A stretch of 64,000 nt of DNA from Tubulanus polymorphus. Its lineage: Eukaryota > Animalia > Nemertea. The translations under genes and the position numbers were made by a program. The notes under the pieces were generated by a model that did not search any database, was not told where the DNA came from, and saw only the letters and a list, made by a program, of their open reading frames with translations. Positions within the stretch are counted from its first letter, which is position 1; every line of letters starts with the position of its first letter. Below, in pieces: positions 10,206 through 20,796 of this stretch. Where the stretch lies: contig NC_134029.1 of assembly GCF_964204645.1 (NCBI RefSeq), positions 3,286,001 through 3,350,000 of the forward strand. The letters run 5' to 3'.

Positions 10206-11095
10206 ATTCGAGGATTTCTATAATTTTACTAATGATGCTGATGTGTGATCTTCCATCAAAATCAGATGTGTGCAATAAGATGTATGCTAGGTAACCGCGT
10301 GGGCTCCTACCAATCCCCTGACTCTGTTTCTGCTACGAGCAATTATCTAACTAGATTAACTAACTAGATCTAACTTCTATTTAGATAATTGCTCGTAGGT
10401 TTTTGTGACCTAAGGCGAACATCGTTGTGTGCACAATATCCGTTCGCAGAAATACCACCAGGAGACCGTATGGTGCTGCCACCAAATTCTTGGCGTGGTT
10501 TCTGAAAACCAAGCCCAAGTTCGAACAAGCATACCCCATTATGGACACCATAATGTTGATCCATAATAAAAATAAACAAATCCCAAAAATTAGCGAACGA
10601 TTTCTTTTCATCTAAAAATCATCACTTAGTCAAAGCAGTAACCAAATCTTATCATCACGAATAATCCGTCTATTTGGGCGGTATCCGTCAACGACTGCCA
10701 GGGGTAGACGATCATATAGAATAGTTTATTCATAAAAGCATTTGTAGTGAATTTCACGAGCCAGTCTGCATTTTGGGTGTATCATGTTGTGGAAATGATT
10801 TCGGGGGAAAATCTAAAACTAATTGGGCTTTTATCTAATAACCGCGTTTAATAATTAATGCGCCAATGTCCGTTTGCATTGTATTAATACCGCTTGTTTA
10901 CCTTGGTCGCATGAAAGGCAATAGTAACGCGTTTGACATTAGTACAATAGCTTTTCGTATCAGATTTTCCATTTGTGATAATCAGCAGGTCGAATTAGTT
11001 CGGTGTTGGCTATTCCGCCACATTATGATGTAAAACTATACTCTACGTTTTATTACCTCAGACAAGTACGAACCGCTGCTCGTCGCAGACACAAA

Positions 11096-13042
11096 ATGAC
11101 CAACTTGATACGAGTAAGTTGCATTAGTAACAGTGCGACCAGGCTGACGAACAATCCAGACAGCCGACGACCAGACGACCTCATGATCGGAGTCGAGGAT
11201 ACTACCATCAAAATCAGCGAAGCAGCAGTTTTAAATCCAGATATTCTCGACAGTAAGTTTCCTGCAGAAAGCTTCCACCATCTCTACCGCGCACTCGTAT
11301 CCGATAATGAGCAATTCATCAAAAGTCTAATCGATCAACTTGGTTCCAGAGAACTGGAATTTTTGCAGCGTTCTAGATTCAATTTCGAATCTACCGCGAC
11401 TGATGGTGACGACGTTGACTGGCGTTGTCGTAGCTCCGATGAGTTGGTATCCTATGATTTCGGGAATCTGGTGTCGATAGCCGCTGCAGCTGGTAGTGAT
11501 TCGGTTTTGAAGGTTTTAATCGGTAACGGGTTCGATCTGTTTGCGCCAGATTCGGCTGATAATAACGTCGTGCACATCTTGATTAATATCGCTTGTAAAT
11601 TTCCCCAATTCGAGGAGAAAGCGGTGAAAACCTACAGATTCATCATCGCTAATCTAGCGATGGATAAATCATCGAGGAATAAACTCTTACTCGCCGAAAA
11701 CGCTCTCGGATATCGGCCGTTGGAACTGGCGGCGAAATTTGGAACGTTTCAGTTGTGTAAAGAGATAATGACGACAGTGGGCGTTTACAGAAATGTTATC
11801 GGTATGAAAGGACCGGTGACTCGGTACCGATATGACTTCAGTGAATACGAGTCGAACACTGCGGGAAACAGAGCACGGAAATCGCCGACGCATTTCTTTT
11901 GTTTCATCGCCGAAAACGAGCTGACCACTTTCGGTAAATTCTGGCGTCAGTGCCCGGTTTTGGAAACGTGGGTTCACCGAAAGGTGTCGCGCTACGCGTA
12001 TTTCTGGTTGCCGTACGTAGCCGTTGTTGCCGCGCATTTCGCTACCTTTTTGCTAAGCGTCAATAGTCAAGAAACCAATCCAACGTCCTCTGTGTGCAAC
12101 ACCTCGCTCACAAATTTCACCGTCGAAATTCTACCCGATGGCAAAAATTTCGTCATCATTACGAGTGTTATGAGTTCGTGTTACATAATTCTGGTCGCTG
12201 TTGATTTTGTTATTTACATCACGCTGGTGAAAATGAGGAACGGTGTTTACAAACGTCCGAAGCATAAATTGATAGGGGGCTATGTCTTCCAATCGGGATT
12301 CATAAAAGTATGCCGACTTCTTATGAGCGGTGTCGTGTTAGCTGTTATATCCCCTCTTGTATTTTCGGGCCCCATACGATTCCACGACGCGAAAATGTGT
12401 TCGACATATTTCTTATGGGTAACGCTAGGAACGACCGCTACAATCTGGTCAATAACATCACTTTTACAGCTCGTACCGAGAGTCGGACATTTCGTCGTTG
12501 GTTTTCAAAGAATGTTCAAACAACTGTTTTTATTTATGGCCGTCGCTGTTTGTTTATTCACCTCTTTTGGGATGGCATTTCATGGAATGTTGGCGAACAT
12601 GTCAACATCACTGGGTCAACCTGATTTCGATACTTTGGCAAACACATTCTACTCCACTTTTCTTCTGTTATTGAATATGTTAGATTTGCGACCGTATTTC
12701 AGATCAGATCCGGAGTACATGCACGCAGTCGCATTGATGCACGTTACATTCGTTTTGTTGGTGTCCATATTGCTACTGAACTTTCTGGTGGCCGTCATGA
12801 TGAACGCCTACGGCAAAATTCAAGACAACGAAGTCATCATACAGAAAATGCTGATGCTCGACAGCATGATCCCCGTGCAAAATGCGATATTGTTTTTACC
12901 AGTGAGATTTTCGATGTCGTATTTCGAAAATATCGGTAGATTTACGACCGAAGAAATGGCGACCGATTCCGACCTTGAACCTTTTACGTCAGAGTGTCCG
13001 GCAGTGAGTCTGGTCTGGAGGAATAAATTCGAGTTTGAATGA
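11096..13042 (+). CDS. TRPV-like (TRPV/TRPVL-type) ankyrin-repeat cation channel, single coding exon
   Basis: Ankyrin repeats (NLVSIAAAAG..VLKVLI, DNNVVHIL, ENALGYRPLELAAKFG), TRPV linker GPVTRYRYDFSEYE, six TM segments, pore helix FYSTFLLLLNMLD, S6 ILLLNFLVAVMMNAY. First ATG is at 11096 (the track ORF starts at GTG 11003); acceptor-like tacctcag at 11061; AATAAA at 13170. Confidence 0.9.
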   Translation: MTNLIRVSCISNSATRLTNNPDSRRPDDLMIGVEDTTIKISEAAVLNPDILDSKFPAESFHHLYRALVSDNEQFIKSLIDQLGSRELEFLQRSRFNFESTATDGDDVDWRCRSSDELVSYDFGNLVSIAAAAGSDSVLKVLIGNGFDLFAPDSADNNVVHILINIACKFPQFEEKAVKTYRFIIANLAMDKSSRNKLLLAENALGYRPLELAAKFGTFQLCKEIMTTVGVYRNVIGMKGPVTRYRYDFSEYESNTAGNRARKSPTHFFCFIAENELTTFGKFWRQCPVLETWVHRKVSRYAYFWLPYVAVVAAHFATFLLSVNSQETNPTSSVCNTSLTNFTVEILPDGKNFVIITSVMSSCYIILVAVDFVIYITLVKMRNGVYKRPKHKLIGGYVFQSGFIKVCRLLMSGVVLAVISPLVFSGPIRFHDAKMCSTYFLWVTLGTTATIWSITSLLQLVPRVGHFVVGFQRMFKQLFLFMAVAVCLFTSFGMAFHGMLANMSTSLGQPDFDTLANTFYSTFLLLLNMLDLRPYFRSDPEYMHAVALMHVTFVLLVSILLLNFLVAVMMNAYGKIQDNEVIIQKMLMLDSMIPVQNAILFLPVRFSMSYFENIGRFTTEEMATDSDLEPFTSECPAVSLVWRNKFEFE

Positions 13043-16005
13043 ATCGATTTGCTAAAGTCATCTGTAGTTGTGTCCTATTCCGTATCTGTACTTGCGCATT
13101 GTTAATTTTCCAACTGCGAAAGACGCACTTCCTCATAGTATCGAGACTTACACTCCCAATTTAATGTAGAATAAAATTAAAATGTTATAATGATAAATTT
13201 ATGTTTCATTGATTAATAAACATTTTCAGTTCTATGAATTTCAGTTGCCCTATTTGTGTAAGCATTGAGCGATGGATTTCCTTGGGCTTAGTGTTAATAA
13301 TGACAAGATGAATATTTCTTAGCTTTGAAAATAGCTTTATCCACTCATCACATTCTTTGATGATTCGATGATTGTTTACAGTGATAAAAGAGACGAGTGA
13401 ATGATTTCTGAAGTCCACATTGTTGACTTGATATAAATTATTTATATACGTACATATACAACTTATAATTTGTTCACGAGTGTCTGAAAACCGCTAGATG
13501 GCGAAATGGTAAAACGATTGGGGTTTGGTATTCAAATGCTAGTCGTTTCTTCCTCGATGCCACATCCTCTCTTGGGGAGGGGGGGATTCGATTGCAATTA
13601 TTTACAAGGGCAAAGTGAAAATATATCCTATTCGGCGAGTAGAGTAGCGAGCGCGCTAGCCCGGGGTTAACATCAGTTCGCGGAGATGCCACTATTGGAC
13701 CGTACGGTGCTGCCATCAAATCCGTGTTGTTTCTGTTAACCTGAAATAGCCTCAGGCCAGAGAATCTATTCAAATGTCTACATTCCGTTAGAGGGCGAAA
13801 TGGTCATGATTGGAGTCGATAGTCTTTTTTTAAAGCCAAGCGTTTCTTAGCGCGGTCGCACGAGTAACGCAATGAAATGGAATGAGAAAATCAAATGAAA
13901 GACCAAAAAGTCTTGTAGCTCACCAAACATGTTTGAAGTAATTTGGATCCAAGAAACAATCGAGTTCGGATTTTTAGGAAATTTCAGATCTTAAAATAGA
14001 CACTATGACACCTCTGTTGAAAAAATCACATCTCGGGACCATCTAGATAAAAAGTCTGACACCTGTTTTACTGAAACTTTTCACGACAGGCAAATGAATT
14101 GGAAGTATGACGTCATCAGCTAGTGATAGCAAAAGGGAACCATAGGCTCGTTAATAAAAACAATGACGACTGATTTATTTGCCATAATTAATTTGATAAT
14201 TTATTCACCCTTCATAAGAGCAACCCCTTAATAATTACACCAATAAAGAGTTACTATAGTATATACTTTCATTTAATTATATTTACATCGATATAACCCC
14301 CAAAGACGTCTTTTTTCCCTCAATCTTTTATACAAATTTACACTACTACACTGTCGATAGATAGTTCATAGTTTACAAAAAAGAATCGGACAGGAGCCTG
14401 CGGAATGAACAGCTTAATTCTATTATGTAAGTTTTTTTAATTCTCTATAAACGAATTCCTAATCTATCTCTTATCTTTTTTTAAACTTTTAGCTGCAAAA
14501 TTAAACAGTTTCTCCACAATATGTTAATTTCATAGGTTGCATCATGGACGTATTGTCTCTTAGTTTATACGTCCATGGTTTCATATACTATCTATAACCT
14601 AGGTTGATCAGTGAACCCGGCCCAAGCAAATTTCTATGCATCACCACTTAATGTAGCGTCATTTATCATAAATGTAGCATCATGTCATCAATACAATCAA
14701 CAATATGTGTATCAAGGTTGGTTAGAGATTGCCAAAAATAGTCGGCAAACAATACTTAAACAAAGTCGTGAAGATTTGAACACAAGTTTACTGTTAGATA
14801 CAAGAATCAGGTGGTGCATCAATATATCTATTTCGAACAATTATTTAGTAGAAAACGGCACCTAATATCATATGACATTTTACACAATTAGCTCAGGATA
14901 TTGGTACAATTATAGATCATTTAATGATTGAAGAAACAGGGAGCTTTATCTATTTACAGTAGACTCCTTCGAAACTCATCTGGATCATCAATAGTCTGCG
15001 ATTAACTGCTTAACGATTCGGAGCCAAATCATCAGAATTTCACAGAGTTTAGAGGAGTCTACTTTATCATGGACTCATTAATGAAGACTTGTAGCTTCCT
15101 TGTGTCATGAGACTGAGACATTACGATTGAAAAAATATACATAAAAGCTTTTTAAAACACCTTACTGGATAAAGTTAGCTTCTCAAAGGTTTCATCAATA
15201 GATTATCAATGAGGGATGACAACAGAGGTCTGAGTAACTATTCACTGAAGGTTAATATTTGTTCATTTCAATTATTTGACTACCTAGATCATATTTCAGC
15301 CACATGATGACCTCACAAAAACCTGGCTGTATTTTACAATAAAATCGTTATGATCCGAATACCTGTGATACGATATATAAAACTGTAAGCAGGTCTTACT
15401 TCCTCGCATGAAGTGAAGGTTTGCGCAGAAACAGTAGTACGACATTATTACTGAAAGTCACACGCACAGACTAGATCTCATAAAGCACACACACGCGATA
15501 GTATACATCATATACATATACATTTAGATATCACCAACGTCTTCATTGTTTTTTGTTGTTGTTGTTTTGGAAGAACTACGTTCAACGCGAATCACAAAAT
15601 AACCACTGTATCTTTGATAGTACATCGCGCATGAACATAGTTTTATACTATATACTGAAGTACACCGTATCCACTGTATCAAGATGCGCAATGTATCTAT
15701 CTGCACATCTAATGTACATAGGACAATTATTCATTCGCACACGCTGTATCCTAATGTACTGAATACTATATACGCATTGTATCTAACTGCATTGCATCCT
15801 AATGTACATATATGTGCATGTACATAAAATAGGCGACTAATGAGGAATGAATGAATTTATTCTTTGTTCGTTTATTTTTGTTTCTAATCAGCAGCAGTGA
15901 TCACGCGCGGTAGCGAAATAAACAGACGAAGACACGAATCCCCGAGTTATTGAAATTATTCCGTTGATGATTGTGTTTGTTTATTTTTCGATGCACGATA
16001 ATTCT

Positions 16006-16077
16006 CTAGATATAATGCGGAGTCTCTTGTCCGGTCAGTAAACGATATATCGACGTCGGCATGGTTTTCATATGAAT
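16006..16077 (-). CDS. APBA1: APBA/X11/Mint/lin-10, last coding exon (end of PDZ2 and C-terminal tail)
   Basis: IHMKTMPTSIYRLLTGQETPHYI*, matching the conserved Mint C-terminus; acceptor tttttcag, phase 0. Confidence 0.95.
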   Translation of the reverse strand: MHMKTMPTSIYRLLTGQETPHYI

Positions 16078-16161
16078 CTGAAAAGATAAAATTTCTCGGA
16101 GTTGAAAAATTTGTTAGCGCAGACGGACAGATAAGTGAGTGATGAATTTAGAGTAGCGCAC

Positions 16162-16302
16162 CTCTCCTACTGATGTTGCAAGCATATTCACTATTTTCTC
16201 ATGCGCCACAGCTACAACGCTGTGTCCATTAATTTCAATGATTCTATGACCGACGCGGACCCCTCCACGTTCAGCTATCCCACCTCTCAGAAGACTACAT
16301 AT
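16162..16302 (-). CDS. APBA1: APBA/X11/Mint/lin-10 exon (PDZ2)
   Basis: [47 protein letters not shown]; AG/GT boundaries, 141 nt, phase 0. Confidence 0.95.
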
Positions 16303-16451
16303 CTGAATAAGAAAAAAACATAATTCATTTTATCGATTGATACTAATACTAGAGATAACCCAGCTTATGATGCAGCGTAAATTTGGAATCATTATAAGCA
16401 AACATTCAACTTCATCCGGGAAAAACCCCAGCACCTACTTAGCCGACTTAC

Positions 16452-16571
16452 CACTCCATTTTGTACACTAAAACCTAGTTGATATTTTACATCTGGTCGC
16501 TTTATTAAAACCTCGACCACTGGTGCACACTGGACTACCGTTAACTTGACGACTGTCTGATTTTTAGCAGC
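16452..16571 (-). CDS. APBA1: APBA/X11/Mint/lin-10 exon (end of PDZ1, start of PDZ2)
   Basis: [40 protein letters not shown]; ttttcag acceptor, GTAAGT donor, 120 nt. Confidence 0.95.
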
Positions 16572-17617
16572 CTGAAAATAAAAATTTGACGACAAACGTT
16601 GAAAACTTGGTATCAAATCTATCACATAAAAGCCTAAGGTTATTATGAATAATCAACTAACTAACAAATTATCTAGGCAGTGACATAAAAACCCAGTAAA
16701 AGGGTTGTTTTATTACTATAATATTTCAGACTTTTTTCAGAGAGTCAGAAAGTCAGATTGCTCCTGTCAGCATTTTTTATGGTCTATTGTAATATCAGCG
16801 GGACTTTTATTTTATGGCATACAGAACTGTGGTCGAAATGCATTGAGATAAACAGTGCCATACACCGAGACAAACGGAGCTTGTCTGCCATTTGCGTGAT
16901 ACAAACGCCTGTGAATATTTATTACCAATAAATTAATGATGCAGAAGTAACTGGTAAAATGATGATATACGACGAAATAAGAAAATTGATTCGAATTTTT
17001 TTTCTTATACAAACAGAACCTTACCTTAATGAAACATTGATATAAAAAGGGTGTGGTGGTGAAGAATACTTTTGAACTGTGTCTACACCGGTATTTTTAA
17101 ATCCCAGGGTAGCAGCCATTGAAGTTTACCCTGAGGTGTTGCCTACCCTTTTTTCTCGCATTACCGGTACAGACACAGCTATCAACTCAGTAAATGTAGT
17201 GGGAATGAGTGAAATATAACAAAAAAATCACGTGAACATCAATATGTAAATGAATTGATGAATAAATGAACCATTTGAATCATGAGTCTTCCTCACAGCC
17301 CAGGACTGAAACCAATCCAAATGTACATATAGTAAGTAGTAATGATGAAGAAAAGGTTATTTGCAAGCTATAAGTAGAAAATAATGATCTCGCTATATAC
17401 TAGAACGCTTTCTCAGTTAATGATATCTTGAGGGACGACGTGAATAGATGAAACAAGAGGCAAGTATCGTAAAATTCATGCTAGAGAAAAAATGGGTAAA
17501 ACACAAAGAACATGTGGATGAGATGGTGATGGTGTATAACATGAACAGGAAGATGAGAGGAGAGAGAGAGGAGTGATTAACATACCACAGTGAAAACATA
17601 TTCATTTAACAACTCAC

Positions 17618-17620
17618 CGC
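17618..17620 (-). CDS. Candidate 3-nt microexon (GCG, Ala) of APBA within PDZ1
   Basis: Minus strand tgcctgtttttatattctag|GCG|gtgagt, lying between two phase-0 exons. Confidence 0.4.
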
Positions 17621-18110
17621 CTAGAATATAAAAACAGGCATAATCGTGTCAAAACATTCATATATATCGACATTATACAAACAGGCTCTATAGGAGAAAT
17701 CTAATTCAGTCGTATGACAGATTTTCAAGTGGCACATGCACACTAGTTTCAAACCACAAATGTTCCTTTACTTCTAGATTCAACACTTTCGTTTTTCAAA
17801 ATGTTTAAATTGAATTTGTGTTTTATGTTTTAGTAAGATTTCATTGACCATGGCTCGGGACAAATAGTAATAAAATAGAGAATGAAAAGATAGAGGTGAA
17901 ATAAATGGGTAATTAAAGATCTCAGTATTCTTGGTGTGGCAATGGATCATGCAAGCAGTCTCCTAATTCTCAACGAGAAGCTCACAATAGACCAAGCGAC
18001 ATTTTAGTGAAAAACATCAGCATTGTTCGTTCTGAGTGCAGAAACACAATACTCAAAATGCAATATTAGCGTTATAGAATCAGAACGCATCATAGATTCG
18101 TCATACTCAC

Positions 18111-18323
18111 TTTTATATAACTTTGACACGATGTCAAGGAAAGACCGACGAGGCTGACTCCGTTAATGGACATAATCTGGTCTCCGATGTTCAGTTGGCC
18201 GCAGCGTGCAGCAGCACCAGTTGGGGACATGTTCGCTAATACAACTGTGGGTACCATTGAACCCCAGCCGGACTCAACTATCACAACTCCGAGAGGTTCT
18301 CCTTTTAGTTTAGGCACTATAAC
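18111..18323 (-). CDS. APBA1: APBA/X11/Mint/lin-10 exon (PDZ1)
   Basis: [71 protein letters not shown]; [12 protein letters not shown] is diagnostic of Mint PDZ1; 213 nt, phase 0. Confidence 0.96.
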
Positions 18324-18873
18324 CTGTGAAATAGATAAATGCATGATAGATAAATATGGGTTAGCTCATTAATGTGCGGCTTCCTCCTTCAGATAGCAAA
18401 AATCTTATAGCTAGACGATAGGTAAAGAAATTTGTAACTTTATACCCCAGTAAATATAATGTAATTTGAGGAAGAATTTTAACAAAAATCAAGATTTTCG
18501 AAGGAATTGTTTTGGGAATGAAGGGTTAACGATGAACAACAAGTGGTGAAGGCGATAAACAAAGTTCAATCAGAGAGCGAGACTGAATAGGCTTTTATTA
18601 CGGTTGAACAGATCATTAAGTATTTATAGACGATATGCGTGGTAGGCTGGTTTAATGATTCCCAACGATGATTCTGCTTTTAGCCATAAACGACATAACG
18701 ATATTCTTGAATGGTGAATTTACTGTATAATCCGCGAGACTCCTGACGCTCGAGAATATATCACTTTTATCGAGAGTATTTTCTGTTACTGTCGCATTGA
18801 AATACTGCTTTTAGTGTTCTCAATTAAGTCAAGCTGTTCATTCAAATGGTCAATAATCGAGGTCAAGGTTAAA

Positions 18874-19217
18874 AGCTGTGTTCACGCTACGTTATTTAGA
18901 ACGGTCAAAATTTCGTCCATTCAAATTGAGGACAGGACCAAGCGTTCACACTAGCGAAAAGTCTGTTCGATTTCAAACCAAAGACAAAATGAATAGGAAA
19001 TAGGACGGATCCAGGTTAACTTTAGCACAGACCATTTCTCTGAATATGAATAGAAATGTTTGACAACCTACAGTGTTGCCTCTAGCTGGACCAGTGATAA
19101 CAGTTGATTTGAAAGCGTGTGTTAACACACAGCATTGATTTGGTCCGTCCTCAATTGGACCATTCCAGGTACGTGTCAAATTAGAACAGACTAACTAGTA
19201 ATAGTGCGAAGGCGGCT
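18874..19217. mobile_element. MITE with AGCY...RGCT termini (PIF/Harbinger-like); related fragments near 30930-31130, 51090-51260, 58890-58980 and 60670-60795
   Basis: Imperfect TIRs AGCTGTGTTCACGCTA / TAGTGCGAAGGCGGCT; internal segments such as TCTAGCTGGACCAGTGATAA and CAAATTAGAACAGACT recur elsewhere in the window. Confidence 0.6.
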
Positions 19218-19636
19218 TATATATGATGACACTGCGATGTTAAGTAAAACCAAATGAATCAACCTATTGCCCGGATAGAGGCCAACTCGTGAAGAATCGC
19301 TCCGACTTATTATTTGCCACTTAGTGAAGTAGCGTGAATTACTTTCATTGCGATCAATCTATCTCGTTCACCATCGCAACACGAAATCTGCAATTCAAAA
19401 TCAGCTTTTAGCTCGGCCTGCGTCGGTTCTCGCCAATATCGGCGTCAACAAGCTGAAATAAATCATCAGCCGAAAACGCCATTACGCCGTCACTGACCGC
19501 TACATCGCCGCTGACAACCGCGTAACACGAATAATGGCCGCCGTCGCGTCTGGCGTCAAATTTCAGCGCATTAGCCGCTCCTAACTGCGACGTAATGACA
19601 CTTGAAAAATGATAATGGCCACGGGCGAGATCTTAC

Positions 19637-19663
19637 CAACAAGTCTTTGTGTGTGATGATGAG
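19637..19663 (-). CDS. Candidate 27-nt cassette microexon of APBA (LIITHKDLL) just before PDZ1
   Basis: Minus strand gctgac...ttcgcatgtttag|CTCATCATCACACACAAAGACTTGTTG|gtaaga; phase 0/0, no stop. Confidence 0.35.
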
Positions 19664-19732
19664 CTAAACATGCGAATAAATATCAATTATGTCAGCAGCG
19701 AAAATATCATGCGATGTCACTAAATCATTGAT

Positions 19733-19843
19733 TCTCATTGACTCAAAGAGATGATGTCTCATTGACGCCAAAGTTGATGTCTCTCATTGACTCTACATAG
19801 TTGATGTCTCTCATTGACTCTACATAGTTGATGTTTCATTGGC
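19733..19843. repeat. Short tandem repeat, about 25-27-bp unit (GATGTCTCTCATTGACTCTACATAGTT), 4-5 copies
   Basis: Visible direct repetition. Confidence 0.75.
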
Positions 19844-20613
19844 TCAGTCGATTCATGTTTGTTTGTGTCTCTGATAATGAATGAAAAGGAAAAAGCAATT
19901 GTTCGTCATTTGTTGATGTTTTGATCACTGATGATTGGCTGGATTATGGAAGTCAGAAGTCTGGTTCATACACCGGTCAAGGCAGATAGAATTTCATTCG
20001 GAGCAAGCCTCAACTTTTTTGTCTCTACGTGGTGTGATGTTCGTCATTGTAGATTGTTTATTAATGAAATCATACACAGGGGTTGAATTAGAACATCTAT
20101 CACTTCAGTAATATCAGAGTAGACATTGATTAACAGTACACAAGACACGATATACCAGGTGACCGAACGCCCGGCAGCCTTCCATCATATGCTTGTTTAT
20201 TGTAGCTTATTGAGGGTCATAACATTGCTGTAAGCGCAGGAAATAACTGGTTATTACCGACGCGATGGCATTCTCTGAAACATGTGATTTTATTACCTAG
20301 CGCATGACATGTATCCTAATTTCGGACGAGAGCAAAGATCTAAAGAAATCGCTGACGGCAGAAAACATGGCGTTATTAACAATTAGCCCCATGGTCAAAC
20401 AACAAGATTGCTTTCACACGCTTTCATTATAGTAATGACTGACGTTACGCTTTAAGATACCCGGAATAAACAGGGGATATGGAAGGTAGGCTATGGGAAC
20501 TATGGGAGGCTAGTGACATCCTAACACTTATACTATAAACCCGCATAAACATATACCATACTGGAAATACTTAATCTTTCTGATTCATAATCTCAAAATC
20601 AAAGATTACTTAC

Positions 20614-20796
20614 TTCTTTTTGAGTATCTCTGTTCGCGAATAAACTCAATTCTTCTCCGAATATCTCCTGCTGATTGAGCACCTCTTGGTAGTCCATTTC
20701 CTTCATCAGGCCGGGGTCCTCGATGCCATTGGCCTTGAGGAACTCCATATAGGCCACTTGGAAGGCCTGCCCAATGGACTGGGCAATGAGTTGAGC
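20614..20796 (-). CDS. APBA1: APBA/X11/Mint/lin-10 exon (C-terminal helix of the PTB domain and linker)
   Basis: AQLIAQSIGQAFQVAYMEFLKANGIEDPGLMKEMDYQEVLNQQEIFGEELSLFANRDTQKE; ttttgacag acceptor, GTAAGT donor, 183 nt, phase 0. Not in the ORF track (different frame). Confidence 0.95.

Noticed and set aside
11003-11095. N-terminal extension of the TRP ORF from GTG
   Set aside because: Non-ATG start, and it crosses an acceptor-like site at 11061; ATG 11096 preferred.
17025-17090. Donor AAG|GTAAGG after a frame ending QCFIK, resembling the PDZ1 exon end
   Set aside because: No convincing acceptor and no further similarity to PDZ1.
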